A stretch of DNA of 64,000 bases, from assembly GCA_905178155.1 (NCBI GenBank), contig CAJINV010000002.1, forward strand, positions 11,874,729-11,938,728. Direction: 5' to 3'. Every line of letters begins with the position of its first letter. Position 1 is the first letter of the stretch. Source of the DNA: Amoebophrya sp. A120. Taxonomy: Eukaryota > Protista > Dinoflagellata. The notes beneath the pieces are model-generated. The model worked only from the letters and a program-made list of their open reading frames with translations. It searched no databases and had not been told where the DNA came from. Positions 51,601 to 63,748 of the stretch are shown piece after piece. Made by a program: the position numbers and the translations under genes.

Positions 51601-51765
51601 CCTACATTCCGTCCAGAAACGGGACGAGGAGAACGCGCTTTCTGACTTCGGAAGAGTTTTCATTTTGGAAGACTTCTCACTCGACTCCGGTCCGTTTCCC
51701 GCAGGGCTTCGAACAGCGGAGTGAGAGGTCAGCGACCTCCCGCTTCTGAAGCATTTTCATTCTGG

Positions 51766-52077
51766 AAAAGTGAGAAATCAGAAAAGTGAGAAATCACTGA
51801 TTTCTCACTTCTGAAAAGTTTCCATTTTGAAAAAGTAAGAAGTCACTGACTTCTCACTTCTGAAAAGTTTTCATTTGGGAAAAGTGAGAAGTCACTGACT
51901 TCTCACTCTGTTTCTCGAACACCTTCGAGAAACGGAGTGAGAAATCAGTGATTTCTCACTTGTGAAAAATTCTCACTCCGGAGTCGGAGTCGCGTTCACT
52001 CTTTCCAGAGTGAGAATTTTTCAAAAGTGAGAAATCAGTGATTTCTCACTACTTTTCTCGAAGGTACTTCGAGCCCC
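51766..52077. repeat. Array of 25-bp palindromes next to the assembly gap
   Basis: AGTGAGAA(A/G)TCA(C/G)TGA(T/C)TTCTCACT at 51785, 51834, 51883, 51936, 52026. Confidence 0.9.
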
Positions 52078-52672
52078 NNNNNNNNNNNNNNNNNNNNNNN
52101 NNNNNNNNNNNNNNNNNNNNNNNNNNNNNNNNNNNNNNNNNNNNNNNNNNNNNNNNNNNNNNNNNNNNNNNNNNNNNNNNNNNNNNNNNNNNNNNNNNNN
52201 NNNNNNNNNNNNNNNNNNNNNNNNNNNNNNNNNNNNNNNNNNNNNNNNNNNNNNNNNNNNNNNNNNNNNNNNNNNNNNNNNNNNNNNNNNNNNNNNNNNN
52301 NNNNNNNNNNNNNNNNNNNNNNNNNNNNNNNNNNNNNNNNNNNNNNNNNNNNNNNNNNNNNNNNNNNNNNNNNNNNNNNNNNNNNNNNNNNNNNNNNNNN
52401 NNNNNNNNNNNNNNNNNNNNNNNNNNNNNNNNNNNNNNNNNNNNNNNNNNNNNNNNNNNNNNNNNNNNNNNNNNNNNNNNNNNNNNNNNNNNNNNNNNNN
52501 NNNNNNNNNNNNNNNNNNNNNNNNNNNNNNNNNNNNNNNNNNNNNNNNNNNNNNNNNNNNNNNNNNNNNNNNNNNNNNNNNNNNNNNNNNNNNNNNNNNN
52601 NNNNNNNNNNNNNNNNNNNNNNNNNNNNNNNNNNNNNNNNNNNNNNNNNNNNNNNNNNNNNNNNNNNNNNNN
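52078..52672. other. Assembly gap
   Basis: Run of N. Confidence 1.
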
Positions 52673-55600
52673 AGATTTGTTTTGTGCCGCCGATCTTCGT
52701 GCTGCTGCAGATGTTTGCTAAGCTTCAAAAGAACTACACCAGCGCGCCAAACCGATCGACTTGGCATGAATTGCGTCCCCCGAGGGCGTTCGGAGAAGTT
52801 TTCCGGCGAAAAGGGGGGGGCTTTTGCGAGTCATGTATCTTTCCAATGTAGCTCCTCGGAGCATAGTCTTCTCGCCCATTCCAGCCCAGCTCTTCGGAGC
52901 CTAGATTTTAGTTTCTCTGGTCTGCAAAAGGGTCTAGCTCTCTCTGTTTCAGCTGCAAACTTCTGACAAAGGCAAATCTGTTTTACGGCCGACGTGGTGG
53001 CTAGGATTGCCTGACTGCTGCGTTGAGCCCAGCCTGCGTGACGGCGTGCAGTCTATAAATTCGGTTTACTTAGCGCCCCTGTTGCAGCAGGAGATAACAC
53101 TGAGAGTATACATCGACCGGCGGTAGTTAGACGGGGATGACTAGAATAGGCCCGAAGGGCTTAGCTTATCACATCCCCCGCACTGCTGTTGCATCAGCAG
53201 GAGCGGCGACATGCGTGACGTTCACGGGGCCCACTGAGGTGGCTAGAAAAAATTTGCATTGCGGCCCGCGGGTCGCTTAACTGCCATGGCCGCCACAGCT
53301 GCGTGATCGTGCAACTGCGTGGCCGTGTAGTACATGCCGCGTAGCGCTGGCGCCCGCCTCCCTGTAACTTTAGTGGTAGCGCACAAGACCGCTGCGCGGC
53401 TCGGCGGCATTAACCGGCCCTGAGTTCCTGCGTGTATGCACCTCGGCCACAGGAACCAGAGGTGGTAGGTTTGTTTTTACTAAAAAGAAAAACTAGTGCT
53501 CAAAAACAAAAGAAAGCAAAGCTACACTCTTGAAAAAAGTCAACGGAGATTCAGCTCCCAGTGCTGTGCATCGCATGCCGCCCCCAGGGTGGTGTGTGTG
53601 TACACGCCCGCGGCGCTACTAGATGGATCCAAACTTTATTTTCAACAAAAGGGCCCAAGGACAGACGTCAATCAGGCCAAGGTGAGATGCGTGAAGAAGT
53701 AATAGCTTTGCATTGTTAGAAAAGAAGCTAGTATGTAGGTGATTGATAACTTAGACAGGGTTTAGGGTTCGACGTGTGCCCCCGTCTGGTGCGTGAAGTT
53801 AGTACGTTGACCGGTATAAGACTCTCGCCGAAAATTGGATCGAATCGATACACCCGTCGTCCGATTCGATCCAAGAAGCTGGGCAAAAGTTGAAACAGAA
53901 ACGAGAAAAAGCAGGAGCCCGCGCTTCAGATAGATCCCAGGCTCTGGCTGCCCTTATGGGCCCACTTCGTTCCGCAACGCCGGGAATTGGATCGAATCGA
54001 TACCCCCGGCGTCCGATTCGATCCAAAAATCTGGCCAAAAGTTGAAACAGAAACGAGAAAAAGCAGGAGCCGGCGCCGCAGAGAGATCCCAGGCTCTGAC
54101 TGCCCTTATGGGCCCACTTCCACAACGCCGAAAATTGGATCGAATCGATACCCGCGTCGTCCGATTCGATCCAAAATAAAATCTGGGCAAAAGTTGAAAC
54201 ATAAACAAGAAAAAGCAGGAGCCGGCGCTGCAGATGGATTGGCTCCAGGCTCTGGCTGCCGTTATGGGCCCACTTCGTTCCACAACGCCGGAAATTGGAT
54301 CGAATCGATACCCCCGTCGTCCGATTCGATCCGAAAATCTGGGCAAAAGTTGAAACAGAAACGAGAAAAAGCAGGAGCCCGCGCTTCAGATAGATTCCAG
54401 GCTCTGGCTGCCCTTATGGGCCCAGTTCCACAACGCCGGAAATTGGATCGAATCGATACCCCCGTCGTCCGATTCGATCCGAAAATCTGGGCAAAAGTTG
54501 AAACAGAAACGAGAAAAAGCAGGAGCCCGCGCTTCAGATAGATTCCAGGCTCTGGCTGCCCTTATGGGCCCACTTCCGCAACGCCGGAAATTGGATCGAA
54601 TCGATACCCCCGGCGTCCGATTCGATCCAAAAATCTGGGCAAAAGTTGAAACAGAAACGCGAAAAAGCAGGAGCCGGCGCTGCAGATAGATTCCAGGCTC
54701 TGGCTGCCGTTATGGGCCCACTTCCACAACGCCGCAAATTGGATCGAATCGATACCCCCGTCGTCCGATTCGATCCAAAAATCTGGGCAAAAGTTGAAAC
54801 AGAAACGCGAAAAAGCAGGAGCCGGCGCTGCAGATAGATTCCAGGCTCTGGCTGCCGTTATGGGCCCACTTCCACAACGCCGAAAATTGGATCGAATCGA
54901 TACCCCCGTCGTCCGATTCGATCCAAAAATCTGGGCAAAAGTTGAAACATAAACAAGAAAAAGCAGGAGCCGGCGCTTCAGATAGATTCCAGGCTCTGAC
55001 TGCCGTTATGGGCCCACTTCCACAACGCCGGAAATTGGATCGAATCGATACCCCCGGCGTCCGATTCGATCCGAAAATCTGGGCAAAAGTTGAAACAGAA
55101 ACGAGAAAAAGCAGGAGCCGGCGCTTCAGATAGATTCCAGGCTCTGGCTGCCGTTATGGGCCCACTTCCACAACGCCGGAAATTGGATCGAATCGATACC
55201 CCCGTCGTCCGATTCGATCCGAAAATCTGGGCAAAAGTTGAAACAGAAACGAGAAAAAGCAGGAGCCGGCGCTTCAGATAGATTCCAGGCTCTGGCTGCC
55301 GTTATGGGCCCACTTCCACAACGCCGGAAATTGGATCGAATCGATACCCCCGTCGTCCGATTCGATCCGAAAATCTGGGCAAAAGTTGAAACAGAAACGA
55401 GAAAAAGCAGGAGCCCGCGCTTCAGATAGATTCCAGGCTCTGGCTGCCCTTATGGGCCCACTTCCACAACGCCGGAAATTGGATCGAATCGATACCCCCG
55501 GCGTCCGATTCGATCCAAAAATCTGGGCAAAAGTTGAAACAGAAACGCGAAAAAGCAGGAGCCGGCGCTGCAGATAGATTCCAGGCTCTGGCTGCCGTTA

Positions 55601-58496
55601 TGGGCCCACTTCCACAACGCCGGAAATTGGATCGAATCGATACCCCCGTCGTCCGATTCGATCCGAAAATCTGGGCAAAAGTTGAAACAGAAACGAGAAA
55701 AAGCAGGAGCCCGCGCTTCAGATAGATTCCAGGCTCTGGCTGCCCTTATGGGCCCACTTCCGCAACGCCGGAAATTGGATCGAATCGATACCCCCGGCGT
55801 CCGATTCGATCCAAAAATCTGGGCAAAAGTTGAAACAGAAACGCGAAAAAGCAGGAGCCGGCGCTGCAGATAGATTCCAGGCTCTGGCTGCCGTTATGGG
55901 CCCACTTCCACAACGCCGGAAATTGGATCGAATCGATACCCCCGGCGTCCGATTCGATCCAAAAATCTGGGCAAAAGTTGAAACAGAAACGCGAAAAAGC
56001 AGGAGCCGGCGCTGCAGATAGATTCCAGGCTCTGGCTGCCGTTATGGGCCCACTTCCACAACGCCGCAAATTGGATCGAATCGATACCCCCGTCGTCCGA
56101 TTCGATCCAAAAATCTGGGCAAAAGTTGAAACAGAAACGAGAAAAAGCAGGAGCCGGCGCTTCAGATAGATTCCAGGCTCTGGCTGCCGTTATGGGCCCA
56201 CTTCCACAACGCCGGAAATTGGATCGAATCGATACCCCCGTCGTCCGATTCGATCCGAAAATCTGGGCAAAAGTTGAAACAGAAACGAGAAAAAGCAGGA
56301 GCCGGCGCTTCAGATAGATTCCAGGCTCTGGCTGCCGTTATGGGCCCACTTCCACAACGCCGGAAATTGGATCGAATCGATACCCCCGTCGTCCGATTCG
56401 ATCCGAAAATCTGGGCAAAAGTTGAAACAGAAACGAGAAAAAGCAGGAGCCCGCGCTTCAGATAGATTCCAGGCTCTGGCTGCCCTTATGGGCCCACTTC
56501 CACAACGCCGGAAATTGGATCGAATCGATACCCCCGGCGTCCGATTCGATCCAAAAATCTGGGCAAAAGTTGAAACAGAAACGCGAAAAAGCAGGAGCCG
56601 GCGCTGCAGATAGATTCCAGGCTCTGGCTGCCGTTATGGGCCCACTTCCACAACGCCGGAAATTGGATCGAATCGATACCCCCGTCGTCCGATTCGATCC
56701 GAAAATCTGGGCAAAAGTTGAAACAGAAACGAGAAAAAGCAGGAGCCCGCGCTTCAGATAGATTCCAGGCTCTGGCTGCCCTTATGGGCCCACTTCCGCA
56801 ACGCCGGAAATTGGATCGAATCGATACCCCCGGCGTCCGATTCGATCCAAAAATCTGGGCAAAAGTTGAAACAGAAACGCGAAAAAGCAGGAGCCGGCGC
56901 TGCAGATAGATTCCAGGCTCTGACTGCCGTTATGGGCCCACTTCCACAACGCCGAAAATTGGATCGAATCGATACCCCCGTCGTCCGATTCGATCCAAAA
57001 ATCTGGGCCAAAGTTGAAACATAAACAAGAAAAAGCAGGGGCCGGCGCTTCAGATAGATTCCAGGCCCTGACTGCCGTTATGGGCCCACTTTCTCCCACA
57101 ACGCCGAAAATTGAAGCGAATCGATGCCCCCGGCGTCCGATTCGATCCAAAAATCTGGGCAAAAGTTGAAACAGAAACGCGAAAAAGCAGGAGCCGGCGC
57201 TGCAGATAGATTCCAGGCTCTGACTGCCGTTATGGGCCCACTTCCACAACGCCGAAAATTGGATCGAATCGATACCCCCGTCGTCCGATTCGATCCAAAA
57301 ATCTGGGCCAAAGTTGAAACATAAACAAGAAAAAGCAGGGGCCGGCGCTTCAGATAGATTCCAGGCCCTGACTGCCGTTATGGGCCCACTTTCTCCCACA
57401 ACGCCGAAAATTGAAGCGAATCGATGCCCCCGGCGTCCGATTCGATCCAAAAATCTGGGCAAAAGTTGAAACAGAAACGCGAAAAAGCAGGAGCCGGCGC
57501 TGCAGATAGATTCCAGGCTCTGACTGCCGTTATGGGCCCACTTCCACAACGCCGAAAATTGGATCGAATCGATACCCCCGTCGTCCGATTCGATCCAAAA
57601 ATCTGGGCCAAAGTTGAAACATAAACAAGAAAAAGCAGGGGCCGGCGCTTCAGATAGATTCCAGGCCCTGACTGCCGTTATGGGCCCACTTTCTCCCACA
57701 ACGCCGAAAATTGAAGCGAATCGATGCCCCCGTCGTCCGATTCGATCCAAAAATCTGGGCAAAAGTTGAAACAGAAACGCGAAAAAGCAGGAGCCGGCGC
57801 TGCAGATAGATTCCAGGCTCTGACTGCCGTTATGGGCCCACTTCCACAACGCCGAAAATTGGATCGAATCGATACCCCCGTCGTCCGATTCGATCCAAAA
57901 ATCTGGGCCAAAGTTGAAACATAAACAAGAAAAAGCAGGGGCCGGCGCTTCAGATAGATTCCAGGCCCTGACTGCCGTTATGGGCCCACTTTCTCCCACA
58001 ACGCCGAAAATTGAAGCGAATCGATGCCCCCGTCGTCCGATTCGATCCAAAAATCTGGGCAAAAGTTGAAACAGAAACGCGAAAAAGCAGGAGCCGGCGC
58101 TGCAGATAGATTCCAGGCTCTGGCTGCCGTTATGGGCCCACTTCGCAACGCCGGAAATTGAATCGAATCGATACCCCCGGCGTCCCATTCGATCCAAAAA
58201 TCTGGGCAAAAGTTGAAACACAAACAAGAAAAAGCAGGAGCCGGCGCTGCAGATAGTTTCCAGGCTCTGACTGCCGTTATGGGCCCACTTCCACAACGCC
58301 GAAAATTGGATCGAATCGATACCCCCGTCGTCCGATTCGCTCCAAAAATCCGGGCAAAAGTTGGAACACAAACAAGAAAAAGCAGGAGCCCGCGCTTCAG
58401 ATAGATTCCAGGCTCTGGCTGCCCTTATGGGCCCACTTCCGCAACGCCGGAAATTGGATCGAATCGATACCCCCGGCGTCCGATTCGATCCAGAAA

Positions 58497-59841
58497 TCAG
58501 GTGGAGGACAGTGGGGCCAGTTCGTGGGCTAAAAACTGGCTAAATTTTTCGGGATTTCCCCGAGGCCCCAAGGCCCGGGCACCTCTCTGGCTTGGCCCGT
58601 GTGCCGCCGCCCAGGTTCGTGTCTTATCGCTCCCCCCTGTCTGGTTCGTCTCCGCCTTGTCGGTCCCATGGGGTTTGTTCGTGTCTGTGGGCCACTGGTA
58701 CAATGCGGCCGCGGTGCCTGCTCCTACCTTGTGTTTTGTGTTTGGCCGCGCGCCAAGTTTTAAAATTTAAAAATTGGCCCGGTTTTCCATAGAAATGTGG
58801 AGACGGCCAATTTCGACATGTCTTCCGACGCTGGTTTTCCGGATATTTTGCACCACGCAAAATATCCGGCAGCGTGGTCATGTGTGTTGCAGGGGAAGGC
58901 ATTATCTCAGGCACAACAGGCTCGAGATGGTGTCTGTCACTATCTCGGCCAAGCCCTGGGGGTTGCCTCTCCTTATAATTGTTCTGCATCGCGCTCCGCG
59001 CTGTGTTGTGTTTGTCTTTCTGATGACGTCGACCTTCGTCGCAGGATTCTTGTTCTAAATGTGGCTTTGGAAATATAGAAGTCCAGAGGACTTCCATGTT
59101 TCCAAAGCCGCGGGATTCACACTTTTTCATCTTCGAAGTCGGCGGCTAAATCTGCAAGTTTGTGACTTCCTTCCCGAAATCACTGTACTCGCGAATTTAG
59201 CCGTTCGAGGCGAAGATGAAAGGAGTGTGAATCCCGCAAAGTTTAGAACAAGAATTAGAAGGGCAATTTAGCGCATGACTTAGCCATGCGATTTAGAACA
59301 AAAAATAGAATAGGATTTAGAATAGGATTTAGCCGGCCGATTTAGCACACAATTTAGCGGGCCAAATTAGAAAGGATTTTCCGCGCTTTTTGCTAAACTG
59401 CCAATTTAGCAAAAAGCGCGGAAGGCTAAATCGTTTGGGGTGGTGGAAATGTGGTGGGGAAATATAATAACCATTCGCGCATGGGATGGTGGCCCACTGA
59501 TTTCCGGGGGCCAAACACATTTCCGCCGGCGCCGGCTTCCGTTTGGGTCTGTCCTTCTTGGGTTCAAGGGCTTCCGCCTTCGGGCATTTCGTTTCCATGT
59601 CTATCCCCCATGCGCCATGGGGTGTCGTCTCGTTCTGTGCGCGCTCCGTCCGGGCCGCCGCAAAATAGCCGTCGCAAACTCCGCTGGGGTTTTGTTTTCT
59701 TTTGCCCACGCCGCGCGGGCTTACTCTTTTCCTTCGGCGGCAACGCCACCACGGTCGCCTTTGTTTGCCCGGACTTTTTAAAAATCCCGAAAAAATTAGC
59801 CAAAATTTAGCGGGCGAAGTCGCCCCACGCCCTCCATCTGA
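58497..59841. mobile_element. Non-autonomous TIR element A inserted in the satellite (TCA...TGA, 6-bp TSD)
   Basis: Imperfect ~60-bp TIR TCAG(G/A)TGGAGG..GTGGGGC..TTCG..GCTAAA..TGGCTAA.TTTTTCGGGATTT; flanks CAGAAA (58491-58496) / CAAAAA (59842-59847); removal restores the satellite unit. Confidence 0.8.
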
Positions 59842-62444
59842 CAAAAATCTGGGCAAAAGTTGAAACAGAAACGCGAAAAAGCAGGAGCCGGCGCTGCAGA
59901 TAGATTCCAGGCTCTGACTGCCGTTATGGGCCCACTTCCACAACGCCGAAAATTGGATCGAATCGATACCCCCGTCGTCCGATTCGATCCAAAAATCTGG
60001 GCAAAAGTTGAAACACAAACAAGAAAAAGCAGGGGCCGGCGCTTCAGATAGATTCCAGGCTCTGACTGCCGTTATGGGCCCACTTCCATCCCCAACGCCG
60101 AAAAAAAATTGGATCGAATCGATACCCCCGTCGTCCGATTCGATCCGAAAATCTGGGCAAAAGCTGAAACAGAAACGAGAAAAAGCAGGAGCCCGCGCTT
60201 CAGATAGATTCCAGGCTCTGGCTGCCCTTATGGGCCCACTTCCGCAACGCCGGAAATTGGATCGAATCGATACCCCCGGCGTCCGATTCGATCCAAAAAT
60301 CTGGGCAAAAGCTGAAACAGAAACGAGAAAAAGCAGGAGCCCGCGCTTCAGATAGATTCCAGGCTCTGGCTGCCCTTATGGGCCCACTTCCGCAACGCCG
60401 GAAATTGGATCGAATCGATATCCCCGGCGTCCGATTCGATCCAAAAATCTGGGCAAAAGTTGAAACAGAAACGCGAAAAAGCAGGAGCCGGCGCCGCAGA
60501 TAGATTCCAGGCTCTGACTGCTGTTATGGGCCCACTTCCACAACGCCGAAAATTGGATCGAGTGAATCGATACCCCCGGCGTCCGATTCGATCCAAAAAT
60601 CTGGGCAAAAGTTGAAACACAAACAAGAAAAAGCAGGAGCCGGCGCTTCAGATAGAGTCCAGGCTCTGACTGCCGTTATGGGCCCACTTCCACAACCAAC
60701 GCCGAAAATTGGATCGAATCGATACCCCCGGCGTCCGATTCGATCCAAAAATCTGGGCAAAAGTTGAAACACAAACAAGAAAAAGCAGGAGCCGGCGCTT
60801 CAGATAGAGTCCAGGCTCTGACTGCCGTTATGGGCCCACTTCCACAACCAACGCCGAAAATTGGATCGAATCGATACCCCCGGCGTCCGATTCGATCCGA
60901 AAATCTGGGCAAAAGTTGAAACATAAACAAGAAAAAGCAGGAGCCGGCGCTTCAGATAGATTCCAAACTCTGACTGCCGTTATGGGCCCACTTCCACAAC
61001 GCCGGAAATTGGATCGAGTCGCTACCCCCGTCGTCCGATTCGGTCCAAAAATCTGGGCAAAAGTTGAAACACAAACAAGAAAAAGCAGGAGCCGGCGCTG
61101 CAGATAGATTCCAGGCTCTGACTGCCGTTATGGGCCCACTTCCACAACGCCGAAAATTGGATCGAATCGATACCCCCGGCGTCCGATTCGCTCCAAAAAT
61201 CTGGGCAAAAGTTGGAACACAAACAAGAAAAAGCAGGAGCCCGCGCTTCAGATAGCTTCCAGGCTCTGGCTGCCGTTATGGGCCCCCTTCCACAACGCCG
61301 GAAATTGGGCCGAGTCTATCGATACCCCCGTCGTCCGATTCGATCCGAAAATCTGGGCAGAAGTTGAAACAGAAACGAGAAAAAGCAGGAGCCCGCGCTT
61401 CAGATAGATTCCAGGCTCTGGCTGCCGTTATGGGCCCACTTCCACAACGCCGGAAATTGGATCGAATCGATACCCCCGGCGTCCGATTCGATCCAAAAAT
61501 CTGGGCAAAAGTTGAAACAGAAACGCGAAAAAGCAGGAGCCGGCGCTGCAGATAGATTCCAGGCTCTGACTGCCGTTATGGGCCCACTTCCGCAACGCCG
61601 GGAATTGGATCGAATCGATACCCCCGTCGTCCGATTCGATCCAAAAATCTGGGCAGGAGTTGAAACATAAACAAGAAAAAGCATGAGCCGGCACTTCAGA
61701 TAGCTTCCAGGCTCTGACTGCCGTTATGGGCCCACTTCCACAACGCCGGAAATTGAAGCGAATCGATACCCCCGCCGTCCGATTCGATCCGAAAATCTGG
61801 GCAAAAGTTGAAACAGAAACGCGAAAAAGCAGGAGCCCGCGCCTCAGATAGATTCCAGGCTCTGGCTGCCCTTATGGGCCCACTTCCGCAACGCCGGAAA
61901 CTGGATCGAATCGATATCCCCGGTGTCCGATTCGATCCAAAAATCTGGGCAAAAGTTGAAACAGAAACGCGAAAAAGCAGGAGCCGGCGCTGCAGATAGA
62001 TTCCAGGCTCTGACTGCCGTTATGGGCCCTGGATCGAATCGATATCCCCGGCGTCCGATTCGATCCAAAAATCTGGGCAAAAGTTGAAACAGAAACGCGA
62101 AAAAGCAGGAGCCGGCGCTGCAGATAGATTCCAGGCTCTGACTGCCGTTATGGGCCCTGGATCGAATCGATATCCCCGGCGTCCGATTCGATCCAAAAAT
62201 CTGGGCAAAAGTTGAAACAGAAACGCGAAAAAGCAGGAGCCGGCGCCGCAGATAGATTCCAGGCTCTGAGCTGACTGCCGTTATGGGCCCACTTCCACAG
62301 CGCCGAAAATTAGATCGAATCGATACCCCCGTTGTCCGATTCGATCCAAAAATCTGGGCAAAAGTTGAAACATAAACAAGAAAAAGCAGGAGCCGGCGCT
62401 TCAGATAGCTTCCAGGCTCTGACTGCCGTTATGGGCCCACTTCC

Positions 62445-63748
62445 TCATGCGGAGACACCCCGGGCGGATTTCTGTTCTAAAATTCCGCTAATTTTTCCGG
62501 TTTTTCAAAAATTCCGGGCGCCCTTTCCACCAGGCCGGGGAGGCCGCCGCCGGGGGCGCCCGCTTGCTGTACTCCCCCACCGCGTGCCCAGCGTCGCCAT
62601 GGTGTTTCGGTCAATGGGCTTAGCGGTGGGGCGCCCGTTTTTGTCTCTTGGGATTCGGCGTGGCGGGTTTTAAAATTTAAAAATTTGGGCAGGTTTCTTG
62701 GGTAATTGCCGCCGCGCAATTTCAAGGCGAGCGCAGGGGGGAATAGGTGGTGGCGGTTGGGGCAAGTGCGATTTTGTTTATGTTTGTGGTAGGAGGGTCG
62801 ACGTGGGGTTGTGAATTCCCTGGAGATGCGAAGAGGCGCAGCTTGTGCGTGCCTCTTCGCATCTTCGCATTTTGTTCTACAGCTCGAGACAATATCATAT
62901 TCGTATGTCGCGGAGCTGGAGATGATGTTCGTGAGAGTGAACATCATCTCCAGCAGCGCCGAAAACAAATCTCGAGTTGTCAGGCATTGGATGTTCGCGT
63001 GAAGCGAAACCGGAAGTCTTCCGGTTTCGCTTCCGCTTTTGGTGTCCCGAAATCTTCTACTCCGACTTCTAAAATCGCCAAATGGCGATTTTATGTGGGA
63101 TTTTGCGCTACCTGCAATTTTAGAGAAGTATTATAACTTCCGAAATTGCAGTGCGCGCAACGGAATTAAAGGATTTTTAGAGACGAAATTAAAGGGCGGA
63201 GTTAAAGGATTTTTTAAAGGCCTTTTTAGAGGCCATTTTAGAGGCGGCTTTTCGAGACGGGTTTTAGAGGCCCGTTTTAGAGGCCCACTTTCGAGGCCGG
63301 CTTTAGAGACCGGCTTTAGAGGCCGGTTTTAGAGGCCCGCTTTAGAGGCCGCTTTTAGAGGCCAAAATTAGAGGCGCACTTTAGAGGCCGAAATTAGAAG
63401 TCCACTTCGTAAGCGGCTTCTGCAGCGGGCTTGTAGTTTCGGCCTGTCTTTCACATGGGATCGTCGCGACTAAGTAGTCATGGCAGCGATCCGGTGTGCA
63501 GGCTTTCTGGGTGATCTCTTGTTCTTTCTTCTCTTCTTCGCGATCGTCTTCCGGTCCAGGGGTGTTCTTTCCTCATCGCGGAATTTCGTCTGTGCGCCGC
63601 GTCGCCTATTTCCTTTTGTGACTTCGGCGCCGCCCTCTTCATTCCCATGGGCGTGCCACCAGGGTTTTTGGGTCCTTGCTTTTTTTGTAAAACCGGAAAA
63701 ATTAGAAGAATATTAGAGGCCGAGGCCGCCCGGGCGTTTTCCGCATGA
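62445..63748. mobile_element. Non-autonomous TIR element B inserted in the satellite (TCA...TGA, 6-bp TSD)
   Basis: Imperfect ~65-bp TIR TCATGCGGA.A...CCCGGGCGG...TCTAA.ATTC..CTAATTTTTCCGGTTTT; perfect ACTTCC at 62439-62444 and 63749-63754; removal restores GGGCCCACTTCCACAACG. Confidence 0.85.

Noticed and set aside
52021-52767. ORFs spanning the gap
   Set aside because: Artefacts of the N run.
53359-53430. tRNA or tRNA-derived SINE head (TCCCTGTAACTTTAGTGGTAGCGC)
   Set aside because: Only an A-box-like resemblance; no cloverleaf or GTTCRA B-box.
53000-53769. Minus-strand telomerase RNA using AACCCTAAACCCT as template
   Set aside because: The G-U pattern of the nearby stems favours the + strand, and similar short motifs occur elsewhere (15926, 42391).
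56782-58371. 529-aa minus-strand ORF and the many 63-aa ORFs in the array
   Set aside because: They are translations of the 148/300-bp satellite; the 300-bp dimer keeps one frame open by chance.
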